Source: Amphiscolops sp. MND2022
Taxonomy: Eukaryota
Assembly: GCA_964187785.1 (NCBI GenBank)
Contig: OZ076409.1
Location: forward strand, 51,834,001 to 51,898,000
DNA: 64,000 nucleotides
Direction of reading: 5' to 3'
In this document: one piece after another, positions 1-12,957 of the stretch
Numbering within the stretch: position 1 is the stretch's first letter
Layout of the letters: every line of letters starts with the position of its first letter
Notes under the pieces: generated by a model
Databases searched by the model: none
What the model was told of the DNA's origin: nothing
What the model saw: the letters and a program-made list of their open reading frames with translations, nothing else
Program-made: the position numbers and the translations under genes

Positions 1-191
1 GGCTGTATAACTAACGCCTCCATAACGGAATTGTGTTTATAACGGACGAAAACTTTACCTCCCAAACACAAAAAGTAAGTTTATAAAACGGACCACGACA
101 CGATATGAAGGTCATGAAACAGAATTCCATAAGCAGAAAAACTGATTTCTTTAGGATGGTACTTCCAATCAGGAAATAGTGTCATTTTCAA

Positions 192-2695
192 GTGAATACT
201 CTTGAAGCCGAACCATTACATACGAACTATTCATTGGAGCACTGCCCGAAATGCACAAAAAGTTCGATTGCTAACGCAAATGCTCTTTTGGTGTTTAAGC
301 TTCAATTAAATGCACAGTATTTACTGTGCTTATACTCTCCAAACAACGTTGTCCGCTCTCTTAGACAGTTCTCAAGACGCGTTGTTGGTCGCTATGGTAG
401 TCCCCATTTTGTACTCCCGCGAACGAAATGCGAAAATGATGGATCACAGAACTAAACGCTAACGCGACAGTTGGAAATGTGGCTGAACGGACCATTCGGT
501 GATGTGTTTCATCGAGCGAAAGACCTCCAACTACGTCTCAGGGAATCTAGAGTCAAACAAAAAGACGTTATAAGAAACTTCGATCACCACATTACATATG
601 GGAAAATTTTTAACGCACTCAGATGTCTAGAAGATCAGAGACGTCACATACTGTCGCTAAGCGATAAAGTTGATAACTGTGAACCAAATCTTGCTCGAAA
701 AACATCCAGAGCCAGCAGACAAAAGAAAATTACTTGGTACAGAATTCCCTCGGACAAACTCTGTCCTTTCACCCTTCAATCTTGAACAACTTAACTCCCG
801 AACAGTTCGAAAAGCCGCCATGAAAACTCCATGAAGTCACGGACCGTTAGGATTGGACGCAAACGAATGACGACGATTTTGACACTTTTCGGACAATCCT
901 CTGTAAATGCTTAGCGGACATAGCAAAGCTCATCGCTACAACCGAGCTACCTTCCAAACCCTCGACGCCTATAACGCTTGCTGTTTGACTCCATTAGACA
1001 AGAATACCGGTGTCAAGCACATTGGCGGATGTGAAGTACTTCGACGAATGATTGGAAGAAGTATTCCAAAATGCCTCTCCAACAAACTAAAACCTGAGGT
1101 ACCCTGCAGCTTTGCGTAGGCCAAAAAAGCGGAATAGAGTTCGCCATACATTCGCTAACAGACGCCTTTGACAAACCTGAATGGGAAGGAATGCTCCTAA
1201 TTGACGCCACAGATGGGTGCAGTTGGGATTGAATAGAAAACTAGCACTCGAAAACAAAAAAGTAGTCATCCCGCGGAAGAATTTTTATGCAGCGCCCTGC
1301 TCCCTATTCGTCAACGGTAAAGTGGTTCTGCAATATATAGATTTGCCCTTTTGCCACTTTTGGAGTTACTGGAGGACACTGGTATAGTCCAGAAGTGGTA
1401 CGTCGACGACAGAAAGCCGTAGGAAAACTGAAAAATCTGCTTCGCCCAGCGCTTGGATACATTAGCAAGTGCCACCTTGTAGAGAAAAAGTATCATATGG
1501 AAAACAACAGATATTTTAAAGAATAAAGATGTTTACATTTTGGAAGGCCATCGAGTACTCGGATTGGTCATCAGCAGCGCATCTGCCTGTCACAACTTCA
1601 AAACAAAAATAGTGTCAGAGTACGCAAAGACCATTTCGAAACTAATCAGAGAAAATCTAATTCAATCTCTAACAGGATAAACACTGCAATGACCACTGAT
1701 ACTTTCATTCTCCCTACCCGTGAGAAATGGAGGTCTCAACATGACCCTCCCGGAAAATAATAGAAAAAACCTCAGATGGTCCAAATCCCTAGGTTACAGT
1801 CTGTATAACGCCGATCCCATGACACCTGAAAACTCGCAACACAGGATTGAGAGCGAGTTATGAGAAAAGATGTAGACGGAAAAAAACGAAGTGAAACAAG
1901 GCGCCACGGAAGCTCTAAAGCCTGCAACTGGCGTCATAGAAAGGGGTATCCAGTAGGCTGAGCGCCTTACCCCTCAAAAGGTACGGGTTCTTGTTAACAA
2001 GACTGCGTTCCACCACGACGATCTTGCAATTCGATTTGGATGGGAACCGAAGAAAATCCCAGCATCATGTCCATGTGGAGAAAGTTTCTATCTAGCGCAC
2101 GGACTCCACTATGCCAAAGGCAGATACACCCATTTGAGACAACGAAAAACAGGGAGACTTTTGCAGATGTCCTGAAAGATGTTTGTTTCAACGTAGAACT
2201 TGAATTAAAACGCTTCAGCCGTTAGACGGTTAGTCTGAGGACGAGGCCAGGTGGGATATGAAAGCAAACAGTCTATGGAAAACGAGATTTGATCTTACGT
2301 TTTTCGATGTGAAAATTTCCAGTCCTCGTGTTTGTCACCAAAGGTGGAGCCGCACCGTCTGCGTCTAAGAAAATGAGCAGGCTCGCATTCAAACAGCAAA
2401 AGACACTTATGCAAAGGTAATGGGTTACATAAGAACGAAAGTAAGCTTTGCCCTACTGAAAAGCTCAGTTCTAAGCCTCCGCGGATGCCGTTCCCTCAAA
2501 CGACAACCTGAAATCATCGAAATATCTTACAAGTGGAAGAGGGAAGACTGTCTTAGTGGCACCACAGCTTTGTATCCTTGACGTGCATTCAATTGCTAGA
2601 TTCTACTTTACAACGAGCGATGTCTAACATGTGATAATAATGCAGGAATTCATAAAATTTCATTCATTTACCAAGGTTTATAATATTTATTTATT
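192..2695 (+). mobile_element. Decayed CRE-like non-LTR retrotransposon (RT + restriction-like endonuclease)
   Basis: Broken frames give ACCLTPLDKNTGVKHIGGCEVLRRMIG (CRE-type RT motif), WYVDD (~1396-1410), LPVRNGGLN (~1713-1740), ETFADVLKDVCFNVELE, ARWDMKANSLW..FFDVKI (RLE) and YIRTKVSFALLKSSVLSLRG (~2425-2485), then an AT-rich 3' tail. Many stops and frameshifts; ends approximate. Confidence 0.8.
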
Positions 2696-2895
2696 ATATG
2701 GGACTGTTAGTGACACTGCAAGGAGGCTTTGCAGCTTGCAGTGTATACAACACCCTCTTCTTTCCCGACCCGCCCTTTTTAACAACGGGCTCATTTTATA
2801 TTTGTCCCAACATGATGCACATGATGCAACAGTATGCACGGTAAACTTTTCTGGTAAAAATAAAAATGCACAGAAAAAGTGAAATAGTTACTTAC

Positions 2896-3079
2896 TGTTT
2901 CCAGCCAATATTTATCAATGTTGGTTTTTTCATCGAAGCTTTTTTTCTGCATGGTGAGGATCCACCGCCCCCCGTTGGCATTGATGGGGTCTTCCCAAGA
3001 GGGCTTGATATCTTCTTTGAATAAAGAGTAATCCGATCCCCGAGTCAGTTGATTGGCGGGTTGGATATAGTTAAACAAT
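2896..3079 (-). CDS. EIF4E: eIF4E second coding exon; later exons not seen in the window
   Basis: TTTTAACAG acceptor (3080-3082) completes codon TC|A. Reads LFNYIQP..GSDYSLFKEDIKPSWEDPINANGGRW...DKYWLET, then a GTAAGT donor at 2895. Confidence 0.93.
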
Positions 3080-3285
3080 CTGTTAAAAACAATCATCAGA
3101 ACTGGAACCGACCTTGGACATTTTCTCTTAGTTTACTTGAGAATTGATGCGAAGTCTCATTGAAGAAAAATACATAGTCAACAATATTTTCCCAAACAAA
3201 AACTTCAAATCAATTTTCTACAACCTCGAATGCAGAATTGCTTTCTCATTCAAATACACAGAAAACTATAGCTCAAAATACTTAC

Positions 3286-3500
3286 GACCAGAAGTCTTCC
3301 ACAGTCTGGAACGAATGGACAAGTTTCTGACCTCCAACCCAAGACGAGGCCCCAGCTGAATCTTTTTTGAACCACAACGACCATCGTTTTTGTAGAGGAT
3401 GGTATTCTAAAGCAGGAGGCAGCTTTTCCTTACTGGTCTCTTCCTCCTTTTGGCTCAGAGAAGGCTCTGCGATAACTTCTGTTTTAGATAATTCGACCAT
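3286..3500 (-). CDS. EIF4E: eIF4E first coding exon (class I cap-binding protein)
   Basis: MVELSK...HPLQKRWSLWF...SW...SFQTVEDFWS, with Trp at the W43/W46/W56/W73-equivalent positions. GTAAGT donor begins at 3285 (phase 2). Confidence 0.93.
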
Positions 3501-4395
3501 TTTGTCTGAAAAAAGGTCTTCACAAACCTCAGTTTCTTACGGCACCAAGATTACTTCCCAGTAAAATTTAAGTGAAGAGGTGAATTGGTCCATTACACAG
3601 GAGCTTTCAAAAATTTAAATGCGAAACAATTGATCGCAAGTAGTTGCAATTGACGGATTTCTGAAGCCGAAAGTATTTCGATAATTGCAACTAATAAATT
3701 TTATTTTTTTTTCATGAAAAATGTCAAGGGGACTATCACATTTCTGAAATACAGAATTTGAGATTTCTGAGAAATGAGATAACAAACTCTAATTCAAATT
3801 GAACTCAACCATAGCTTGTCATAACATTTCTCAGAAAAAGTCAATCTCAATCGGTTTCTATACAGATGAGCTTGAATTGTCAAGATGACACCGGATTAAA
3901 GCAATGCCTTATGCGCATTATACTTCAAACAAGATTCAAGGACGAGAGAAAATGGCGTTTTCTGGAGCAAAAATCTTTACACATGCAAAAGGAACTGAAC
4001 CGACTAATTCACTAAGTGCATGTCAAGTTTGTAGAGAATGCGAGTTCGTAGAAAACGGTAGTTTATAGAAAAAAAACTATTCTACAAACTTACCACAATT
4101 GTAGAATACTAAATCGTAGAAAACGGCAGTTTCATTTAGACGGCATATGCAACAATATATATTTTCTTTAATTAAGCTTTCCTAACGCTTTAATTTCATT
4201 GGAAAAGGAAATGAAAAATCACATCAACGAAAATGTGTGAACAAGGTGTGATTTCTTATAACATTTTTTAAAAAGTGAGACGAAAAAGTTTGAAAAACGC
4301 GGGAAATCTTAGCATATATATAATTTCTGTATGAATTTGCGGGAGGATGTTAATAATAGCAGATCATGAGTCTTTATGTTGTTTATTTGCATTCA

Positions 4396-4875
4396 AAATA
4401 GGCCCCTCCGGGGCTCAGTACTATTTCTGCTTTAATCTTTATTTTTTTAAAACAAAAAATCATTAATAAAAGAATCATATCTGGAATACCAATACACTCC
4501 TGTTTAATCATTACTTAGAGCACAATTAATCACTGTACAAGTTTACACCGCCTTTAATTCTTCTCGGACTAAAGAAAATATAACTAAGCGTAGACGAAGT
4601 TTCGCATTCGCATTTGAATGCAGGCGAAGCTCTCAACGAACGAATAATTAACACTCATTCGCTTCATCTCAATGACGTCAGCATACGAATGGATAATTAC
4701 CACTCGCTCGTTCTATCGCACTAGAATTGAATTGTTGTCGGCAGCTTTCCCACGCTTACACTCACTGCCGAACAAAATATCTGAATTATTCAGTAGGACG
4801 AAATTTGACGACTGAAAAAAAAAAGGACCAACTTTGAGGTTACAATAACATTCCTGCTAAAGCAGAAATATTAAA
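4396..4875. repeat. Dispersed repeat with an inverted copy at ~60325-60852
   Basis: AAATAGGCCCCTCCGGGGCTCAGTACTATTTCTGC... and downstream blocks match the reverse complement of 60325-60852 with indels. Confidence 0.8.
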
Positions 4876-4991
4876 AATGTAGTTTCTGAGTTGTTCACAA
4901 TCAGTCTTCGTCATTAGATTTAGTGTCGCTACATCTGGGCGTAACTCGTTGTAAAGTGGGCAGCAGAAGAAAAAGTGATATAGATTGTCTT

Positions 4992-5300
4992 GGGTGGGCG
5001 GAAATAGGTCGAAGGAACGGGATCGAAAATCAGAGTTAGTCCTCAGGTCGACATACCAAATTTTTGAATGTGATCGAAACAACTCGGATCGAAATTTTCA
5101 TATCGTAGTCAGATATGTTCACATACCCCTAGTGCCCTGAATGCAGGAGCGAAGCGAAGCGGAGCGACGTGCCATATGGCCATGCCTCAATGTTTCTACT
5201 TGGCGAAGGGAGTGAAGCGACCGAGCCATTCAACAAATACGATCAAAGTCGACCGCACTCCATTCGATCCCTGCAATTCGATCAAAATGGACACTTATCG
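4992..5300. mobile_element. MITE fragments related to 29266-29776 and 24026-24643
   Basis: 4992-5100 is the reverse complement of ~29670-29776. 5113-5240 matches 29965-30085 (AATGCAGGAGCGAAGCGGAGCGACGTGCC). Confidence 0.7.
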
Positions 5301-5699
5301 TCCGAAGTAGATTGATTTCTACTGCGTGTGCCAGTCATTTCCTGATTCAACAGGTAGTTCACTCTCCCCGGGCCGCTCCAAACCAATAAAGGCTCAAATA
5401 GCTACCCAGTTAGAGATTGCTGCTTTTCTTTTTTGTTTCTTCTTCTAGCAGAAGAGGATCGTTTCTTCGACTTTCGTTTCGAAAATCTTAGCAAACGTTT
5501 CATTGTTTGGAAGACGTTCACTGTGTAAAGTCGACTTCGGATTTTTTTTCATTTTAAAGTATCTGTTTTCCCTGTGAACCTAAAATTCCAATATTGGGTT
5601 TATTACGAACCTAATATTCCAATATTGCTTTGTGAGGAATTTTTCAAAATTGAACTCAAAAATGAAATTGAAAAAAATCCGAAGTAATGACTTGAGATT

Positions 5700-6887
5700 A
5701 TGGCTGACAATTCGAGCGATAGTACGCAACCGGCCGACGACATTTGGGATGTCTCAAACCCATCGATTTTGAGCTCTAACTCGAAAAAAAGTTGCAACTG
5801 GGTGATAAACTTGTGGAAACGCTGGATGCTTGGTCTTCAAGAATGTGGTGATAAAACTTTTGCAAGTAGCCTAGACATGTTATTCACTAACTTCCGGTCA
5901 GTACTTAATGATCAACTTCCCCGTTTTTTCAATGAAATACGAAGAGCTGATGGTTCAAACTTCCCCGTAATACACTTCCTCAAAGATTTGTGAACATGCA
6001 GCTAATGGTAAAAGACATGAATTTGCCATTCAATTTGTTAACAGATAAAGAATTTGAGAAATCAAGAAGGTTTCTGTATAATGATCGTATGAAAATATTA
6101 AAAGCTAATGGATATCAACCATTTAGGAAACGGGCGGCAATTATAACGGATAAAATGGAGCAACAACTGTGGAACAATTGCATTTTAGGCTCAAGTAACC
6201 CCAAACAATTGTTGTGTACTGTTTTTTATATTGTTGGAAAACATTTTGCACAACGTACAAGACAAGAACACAGAAACCTCTGCTTTGGTACCGAATCGCA
6301 AATTAAAGTAATTGGTATGCCCCCGCATGAAAAAGTTGTATACATTGAAACAGTATCAAATACGAACCCTGGCGGAATACGGAACGTAAAACACGAACAA
6401 AAAAGTATGGAAAGTATGGTCACCAATACAAATCATTGTCCAGTTGAGATCATCAAGTTCTACATAAGTAAAATTCCAGCTGGATCGAAAGCCTTCTACT
6501 GTAAACCACATCCGAACTTTGGTTGTCCAGGTTGTTCAGTCTGGTACTGGAATCAACCAGTTGGAGAAAAAAATTATGTGATGTCGTAAGGACAATATCA
6601 ATCTGTGCTGGGTGGGATCAAAACATTTGTGGACTGGTCATTCGCTTCGTGCGTCAGCAATTGCATTGCTGGCCGACAAAAAGTTCCCAGACTCAAGTTT
6701 TCAAAAACTTAGTGGCCACCGAAGTGTTCAAGCATTGAACATATACAAGCGGTCAAAAGAAGTTAATGAGTCAATTTCTAATGCATTGGCGATACCAGTT
6801 CGGACATTACAGCATGCATCTGCTGAAGTAGCAGCATCCACTGAAATAACTGCAGGAACTTCTAAAACCGGGTCTCAAATTGTGTAG
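5700..6887 (+). pseudogene. Crypton-type tyrosine recombinase (DUF3504/CryptonA-like), frameshifted
   Basis: LGSSNPKQLLCTVFY..GKHFAQRTRQEHRNL, CPVEIIKFYISK, WYWNQPVGE, TGHSLRASA, SGHRSVQALNIYKR. The R, HxxR, H and Y catalytic motifs are present. Frameshifts near 5975, 6570 and 6620. Confidence 0.85.
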
Positions 6888-7487
6888 TTCCAACGACTTC
6901 CGACGGGGTATCGAGAAAAAGAAAACCAAATGATGAATATGATTGGAGTGACGATGATTTCAATAGTGAACTGGTGAAAGCAGCTGACAATGCTGAAAAA
7001 ACAGCGATGGCGAAAAACGTGTTTGAAAAAATTCAAATAAAATCTTGTAAAACTGTAAATATCAATATAAAATATAATTTGAAATTTAATGACGTCAGAA
7101 GTTTTTTTGTTCTCCCCCAAGTTATTTTGTGGCTAAATGCCGTCTAAATACGTTATACGGCAATGTTTTAACGGTCTCGACAATTATAGATAATCTCGGG
7201 CGCAAAGCGACCTCGACCATCCTACAATTGTCTTGACCTGATAATCATTGCCGTATAACATATACTAAATCTTAAAACGTTTGAGTTTTTAAATTTTGTT
7301 GAAAATACCAGCGTTGCTTGGTTTTTCACTAGTATTGTCCGAGAAAAGTTTCACATTACAAGATCATAACAAATGCATTGAGTTTCTACTACAGTCAACT
7401 CCGGTTAATTCGGATCTTCGTTTAATTCGTACGCATCTGAATTTAATTCGTACGCATCTGAGATCCCTATTTGGGACAACCAAATTA

Positions 7488-8181
7488 ATATCATCCGGTC
7501 AAATCGTATTTCTCACTATTCGTACTATTTTATTCGGTCCCTAGCGATACGAATTCGCCGGATTCCCCTGTGTGTAGTTGAAGTTTTAAATGGCGCTTTT
7601 TTAACACTCAAAGCCTTCACAATAGGTATGTCTTTAATCGTGCTTGGAAAGTGTCATATCAAGGGCTCAATATAAGATCACATGGTGCTGAATTCTATAA
7701 TTCAGCACCTTATACCCAGAAGCATCGTTTTCCATTGGTATTGTTGGTAATTCTGACAGTCAATTTCCGTTCTCTGGAAGGTCTCAGATCGTACTGATCA
7801 AGCTAAGTTGCTGATACCTGAAAAACGGTACCGACAAGTGAATAGGTTTTTCAGGTATCAGCAACTTGATCAGTACGATCTGAGAAATTCCAGAGAACAA
7901 AAATTGACTGTCAGAATTACCAACGATACCATTGGAAACCGATGCTTTTAAGTATAAGGTGCTGAATCATGGAATTCACTACCATGTGATTATATATTGA
8001 GCCCTTGAGATGACATTTTCCAAGCACGATTAAAGACATACCTATTGTGAAGTCTTTGAGAGTTGAAAAAGCGTCATTTACAACTTCAACTACATACAGG
8101 GGAACCCGGCTAATTCGTATCGCTAGGGACCGAATAAAATAGTACAAATAGTGAGAAATACGATCTAACCGGGTGATATTA
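7488..8181. repeat. ~700-bp imperfect palindrome (foldback)
   Basis: Arms ~7488-7826 and ~7847-8181 are reverse complements around a ~20-nt spacer. The left arm overlaps a small CAGT-ended MITE (~7390-7570). Confidence 0.9.
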
Positions 8182-8189
8182 CTTTGCAG

Positions 8190-11100
8190 TCTTCAGGGTC
8201 AAGGAGATTCAATGAGTCATTGTCTTCCCGTCTGATGTCTTGGTATAGACACGTGACTGATGACGAAGATCCATAAAATCTGTTAGTAAGATTCATAATC
8301 TCATTTAAACTTTTTTCACCATTAGTGGTACATCTTTTCTAATATCCCCAACTTGCGGGAGGTTGTTCAACATATAAATAGTACGAAGGGAGCATTGAGA
8401 GTTCGATAAAGTAACGTTAGGTTTTAATGATGAGAACTATGCGATTCCGTTTAACTTCTTTGAATGTGAGATGTAATCGACAATGGTATTCCAGTCTTCA
8501 GGGTCATGGAGGTTCAATGAGTCAATGTCTTCTGGTTTGATGTCTTGGTATTGACAACATGACAGAAAGGATTCTGCAGTCTCTTCACTTTTACCACGAC
8601 GACACGTCGGAGATTCTGCCTGCCAATTTTTCCAAGAGTAATCAGCTAAAGAGAAAAAGTTGCCAATCAGCTTTTCACATAGTTTGATGGCCTCATACCT
8701 TTGGAGGTTGAAAAGCGGCGATAGAGTGTTACAAATGATGGGGTTTTGGTGCAACTTTTCAGAAATCACCTGTTGTCATTTTTTTCCATCTGAGGTTCCA
8801 AAGATGGTTACTGAAATGGCGGATTGACATCTTGCTGTTTATCTCTCGTAAAATTTTGAATTCTCAAAAACTTTCCGAATCCAGTAACACGACTTTCGAG
8901 GAGGTAGCAACACTGTCAGGGAAAGAGGAAGATGCATCATGGGTCCAATGTAGTAAATCGTCTTCTAGTTTGAGCTTCAAGAGTAATTTTACGTTGATAG
9001 CTGTACTCAGAAGAACAAGAGGCAGCGTTCCTAGCAGAACCTGCCATGAGTCGATATTCAGCGAAAATCTGAGTCCAAATACTGCCCTTATGAAATTGTT
9101 CTGTACTGCTGTGAAGTATTTGAGGTTTTTCTCAAGCCAAATTGGCGCTGCAAAAAAAATGAGGGTAAGATTGTGGGTTTGTACAACAGAACTAGCGTTG
9201 AATTTTCAAGGCTTGCTTTTCTATTGCATAACGACTTGATTATATTCCAATTTTGCTTTACTTTCTCGGTTGTTTTAGTAGAATGATCCCGGTAGTTGAA
9301 CTTGCTATCGATAATTACTCCGAGAGACTTTTGCTTTTTTAACTTGACATATATCACCATTGAGGGACGGGAGTTCGATGTCGTTCGCTTCGCAATTGAA
9401 AAAAGTTAAATCAGTTTTTCCTCCGTTCACTAACATCCTCCAATCTGCACACCACTTCTCGATGTCAGAACAAGTTTATCGAAGGATGGCAGATCATTCT
9501 GACCTATCTTTGCCAGTGACAATGAGAGAACTATTGTCTGCAACCTTGAGATTTTGTGCTTGAAAACTGAGGAAAATGTTTAGAAAGATGATGAAGAACA
9601 TTGGCTACAACACACTTCCCTGTGGAACGCCAATGTCATTCTGGAACTTTTGAGATTGGTATCCAATCATTCCGATAAAAGCGACTCTAGTTTTTAAAAA
9701 CGATTTTATTATCTGATCCATTTTGCCAAAAAAACTGTGTTCCAACAGTTTAAAGCGAAAGCCGTCCACCCACACGCTTTTGAAAGCATTTTCGAGGTCA
9801 ATGTTAAGCAGAGCCGTCGGCAAACGTGAACGTTTGACATTTTCGAGCATGAGATGTAGTCTCTAGAGCAACCGAGTGGTGTTTCTTTTCGATCTGAAAC
9901 CCTCCTGTTCGTCCCCAAGCAGTCAATGCACATCGAGATGTGATTTGATTCTAGTTGCAAGACATGACTGGAGACTGAGAGTGGTCGATATGAAGTACAT
10001 TTATCATATCTCTCTTTGTTTGGTTTGCGTATGAAGTTGACTCGCGACACATGAAATTCCCAGCAAGCATTGAAAATATTCAGCAGAAAAAAAGAGAGCT
10101 TCAGTGCCCAAATTCTTTATCATTGTCATATGAAGACTTTCAATATCAAAAGATTCAGTGTTGCTTGATTTCAAAATGGCATTCTTCAAATCATCGATGG
10201 TAATTTCTTCATGATATACTTCTTTATCATGTTCAGGATCATCATGTGGTTGGTTTATTTTGGCTTCTACTTGCATGTGTGTTGCATCGTTGAAAAATTG
10301 GTTTTTCAGATGTTCTCCTCCGAAGAACGTGGTTTCAAATTCTTTGCTAATTTTCCTCTGGAGCCTCCCTTCCTTACTACGTATTAGACCAACTTCTTCA
10401 TGTTTAGTGTTGAGTAAGGTTTTGTAAGAAGTCCAAAACTTTTTTTCTCTTTCATGCCCAAGCAAAGACAGATACTTTTCCATCCATTCAGTTACACTTT
10501 TGTTGAGTAGAATTTTGAATTCCTTCGCTGGCTTTAGTTTTCTTCAGTTTTCGTGCGTTTTCAAAATTTGAATTGTGCATAAAGTATTTGCGTAAAAAAT
10601 CGAAGCTTATTGCCTGTGTCTGTCAAGTCTATATTGAAAAACGGTTTGCTATGATTTGAAAAACATTTGAGGGGTATCTGACCAAAAGAAGCTTCATGAA
10701 GCAGATTCTTGAACTGCTTGTTCCAAAGAAAAACAGGGTCGTCCCAACAACCGTGAGATCCATCTATTCCACCCTCAATGAAGAATTCCAACCTGCCCAA
10801 TCAGCTTTTTCAATCCATAAGTGCTTGGTTTTCTCGGTGATGCTACTACGTTCCAATCTCATGATAACAGGAACATGACCCCTCAGTGAAGCACCGGTCA
10901 ACTGCTCGAGAAATTCATCCGTAGACCGAGAGTGTTTGCATATATCGAACAGACGCCCATAACAGATGCAAAGATAGATAACACTGGACGCATTTGCTGC
11001 CAAAAACGTAGGCTCACTATCATTGAGAACGCTGAAGTGGTCGGCTATTTGAACATGTTCCTCACCTAACATGTTACAGGATTTGTCTCCCCCATAGGTA

Positions 11101-12900
11101 TGCCTTGCTTTGAGATCACCAAAAAAGAGCTCCATTCAGCTAATGATTGTCAACATACGTTTTGCAACCCTGTTCAACGATTATTGTTTTCTCAAGCCCT
11201 AGAAGTCATCAGGTCTGACATATGCAGTAGACACAACTAACTTAATACCGCCCAGCCTAACAATCAAAACAACATTATCAACAAAGGTTTCTTCGAGTTG
11301 AATATGTCTTGATTAAGGGATGTGATTGTTCAATAAAACAGCGACGCCCCCAGACCTTCCACCCATACAACTGATTGTTGTGAAATGGTCAAAAAGATTT
11401 GCGCTAACTTGTGTCTTTGTTTCATTAAGAAAAACGATATCAACTTTTGTTCGTTGTAAGTATTGGTTCAGTGCTATTTTACTATGATCACTCAGGCCGC
11501 ATATATTAATCTGCAAGAAGGTGAAACCAGGGTTAGCCATCCTTTTTTGACACAAGGTTTCACGAAGGCGGTGCTTGAAGACCTCGCACATCATAAACTA
11601 TTTGCGCCTGTTTAATATAAGTTGGACAGTCAAGAGAATCAGTTTTGTGGCTTCCACTGCAATTCGTACAACTGGCAGGCTGATTACTTTTGCAGTTTTC
11701 GACAAAGTGCTCACCGGAGCAATGTTTGCTAGACACTTTCGAATGGCAATTGGGACTGACGTGTCCGAACGTTTGACATCGGTAGCAGCGGATAATACGT
11801 ATTCATTGCTGTATGAATTCGACTGGTTGATAGTACAAATGGTCAATGAAAATCCCGTCGGTTTTTGCCTTGTCAAACTGAGCTTTTGAGGGAAACGTCA
11901 GTTGGACAGTTTGCAGTGATTTCCTATCGCTTTTGACGAAGCGTCTGATTCTGACACCTGAAAAACTATCCGTAAGATCTGATGTCATGTCCGAGTCCGA
12001 TACTTCTAATGGAGCACTCCGTAATACGGTGCTGTGCTGTTCATTCCTGTTAATAGCTCTCCGAACCGACGAGTTGCCCCAAAAAATCAGGCTTCCATCC
12101 GGGCAAAACACAGTCAGCCTCCCCTGGTGTTGTAGTCTCAAGATGTATACTACCAAGCGCTGTAATATAGGTGTAGAGTAACTTTTTGTTTGGATAAATG
12201 GAAGCAAACGTTTTTTTGATTTCAATGCTATCTCTGAATTTCTGATTTGGCTTGATGAGCAATATGTTGTGAGGATCACGATTTTGTCTTTTTCCACTTC
12301 TGGTCTCAGTTGTAATTTTCGTTGGAGTTTCGTTCGGTTAGTTTTTATTTTATCCGCATGGTTCTCGAGAGGCTAAGTTATTGCGGGGTTGTCAAGCTTG
12401 AATTTGATGGTTAGTAGGTCCTTTTCCATGAATTCCATAATTTGTATCTTCGTTGTTCTAGTTCCAGTCTCTTTTTTCTGTTGTTGATTTATGGCATTCA
12501 AGGATTTCCATACGTTGGAAGAACGACTTTGTACATGCTTGTCTTCAATTTTGGAGCGATACCAACGAACAGAGGCATCTTTTGAAAGTATTCGTACGCC
12601 CTTTACATCACGGTCGCCACAAGCTCCATGCCACCACGACTCACATCTGTTGCAACATATTGAATTCTTTCAGTTTCCTCAACAATACTTTAACATTTAG
12701 GGCAACGATCATCCGAGACTGACTGATTCCTGTTTTTCGGTCTCATTATGACAGATCACTGACAAATCGCAAGGTCTCCCAACCAACTAAGGTTTTCGAA
12801 GACCAAGAAATTTATCAGATCACTAAATTATTGAGACACGTTCAGTTGTCGGAGCTTCTTTCTTATTCTCTGATTCGGTTTCTTCCTTATCTTTTTATCT
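8190..12900 (-). mobile_element. Decayed APE-type LINE (I/Jockey/R1-like): PHD + CCHC ORF1, APE-RT ORF2
   Basis: PHD remnant ~12620-12715 and CCHC knuckles ~11640-11795. APE: FLQINICGL, FLNETK, FFGDLKARH. RT: SYRPLS, IDLENAF, GVPQGSVL, LGVIIDSKFNY. C-terminal CxxxxxxETAE zinc motif. Many disruptions. Confidence 0.85.
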
Positions 12901-12957
12901 GGTTTGAACCTCTGTACGTGCTTTCGGTGATTCCAGACTTTAGATAGGAGCTTGAAT

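Larger units (their letters stand above)
4106..7271 (+). mobile_element. Putative full extent of the Crypton element
   Basis: 10-bp direct repeat ATACTAAATC (4106-4115 and 7262-7271), 13-bp inverted repeat ATTTAGACGGCAT (4134-4146 and 7137-7149), and a terminal palindrome at 7152-7259 surround the recombinase. Confidence 0.5.

Noticed and set aside
2791..2850. eIF4E exon 3 after the TTTTACCAG acceptor
   Set aside because: It translates to KSLPCILLHHV..*, with no eIF4E similarity.
6570..6630. Intron explaining the Crypton frame break (GTAAG at 6586)
   Set aside because: No AG acceptor occurs before the HSLR motif; two frameshifts explain the reading better.
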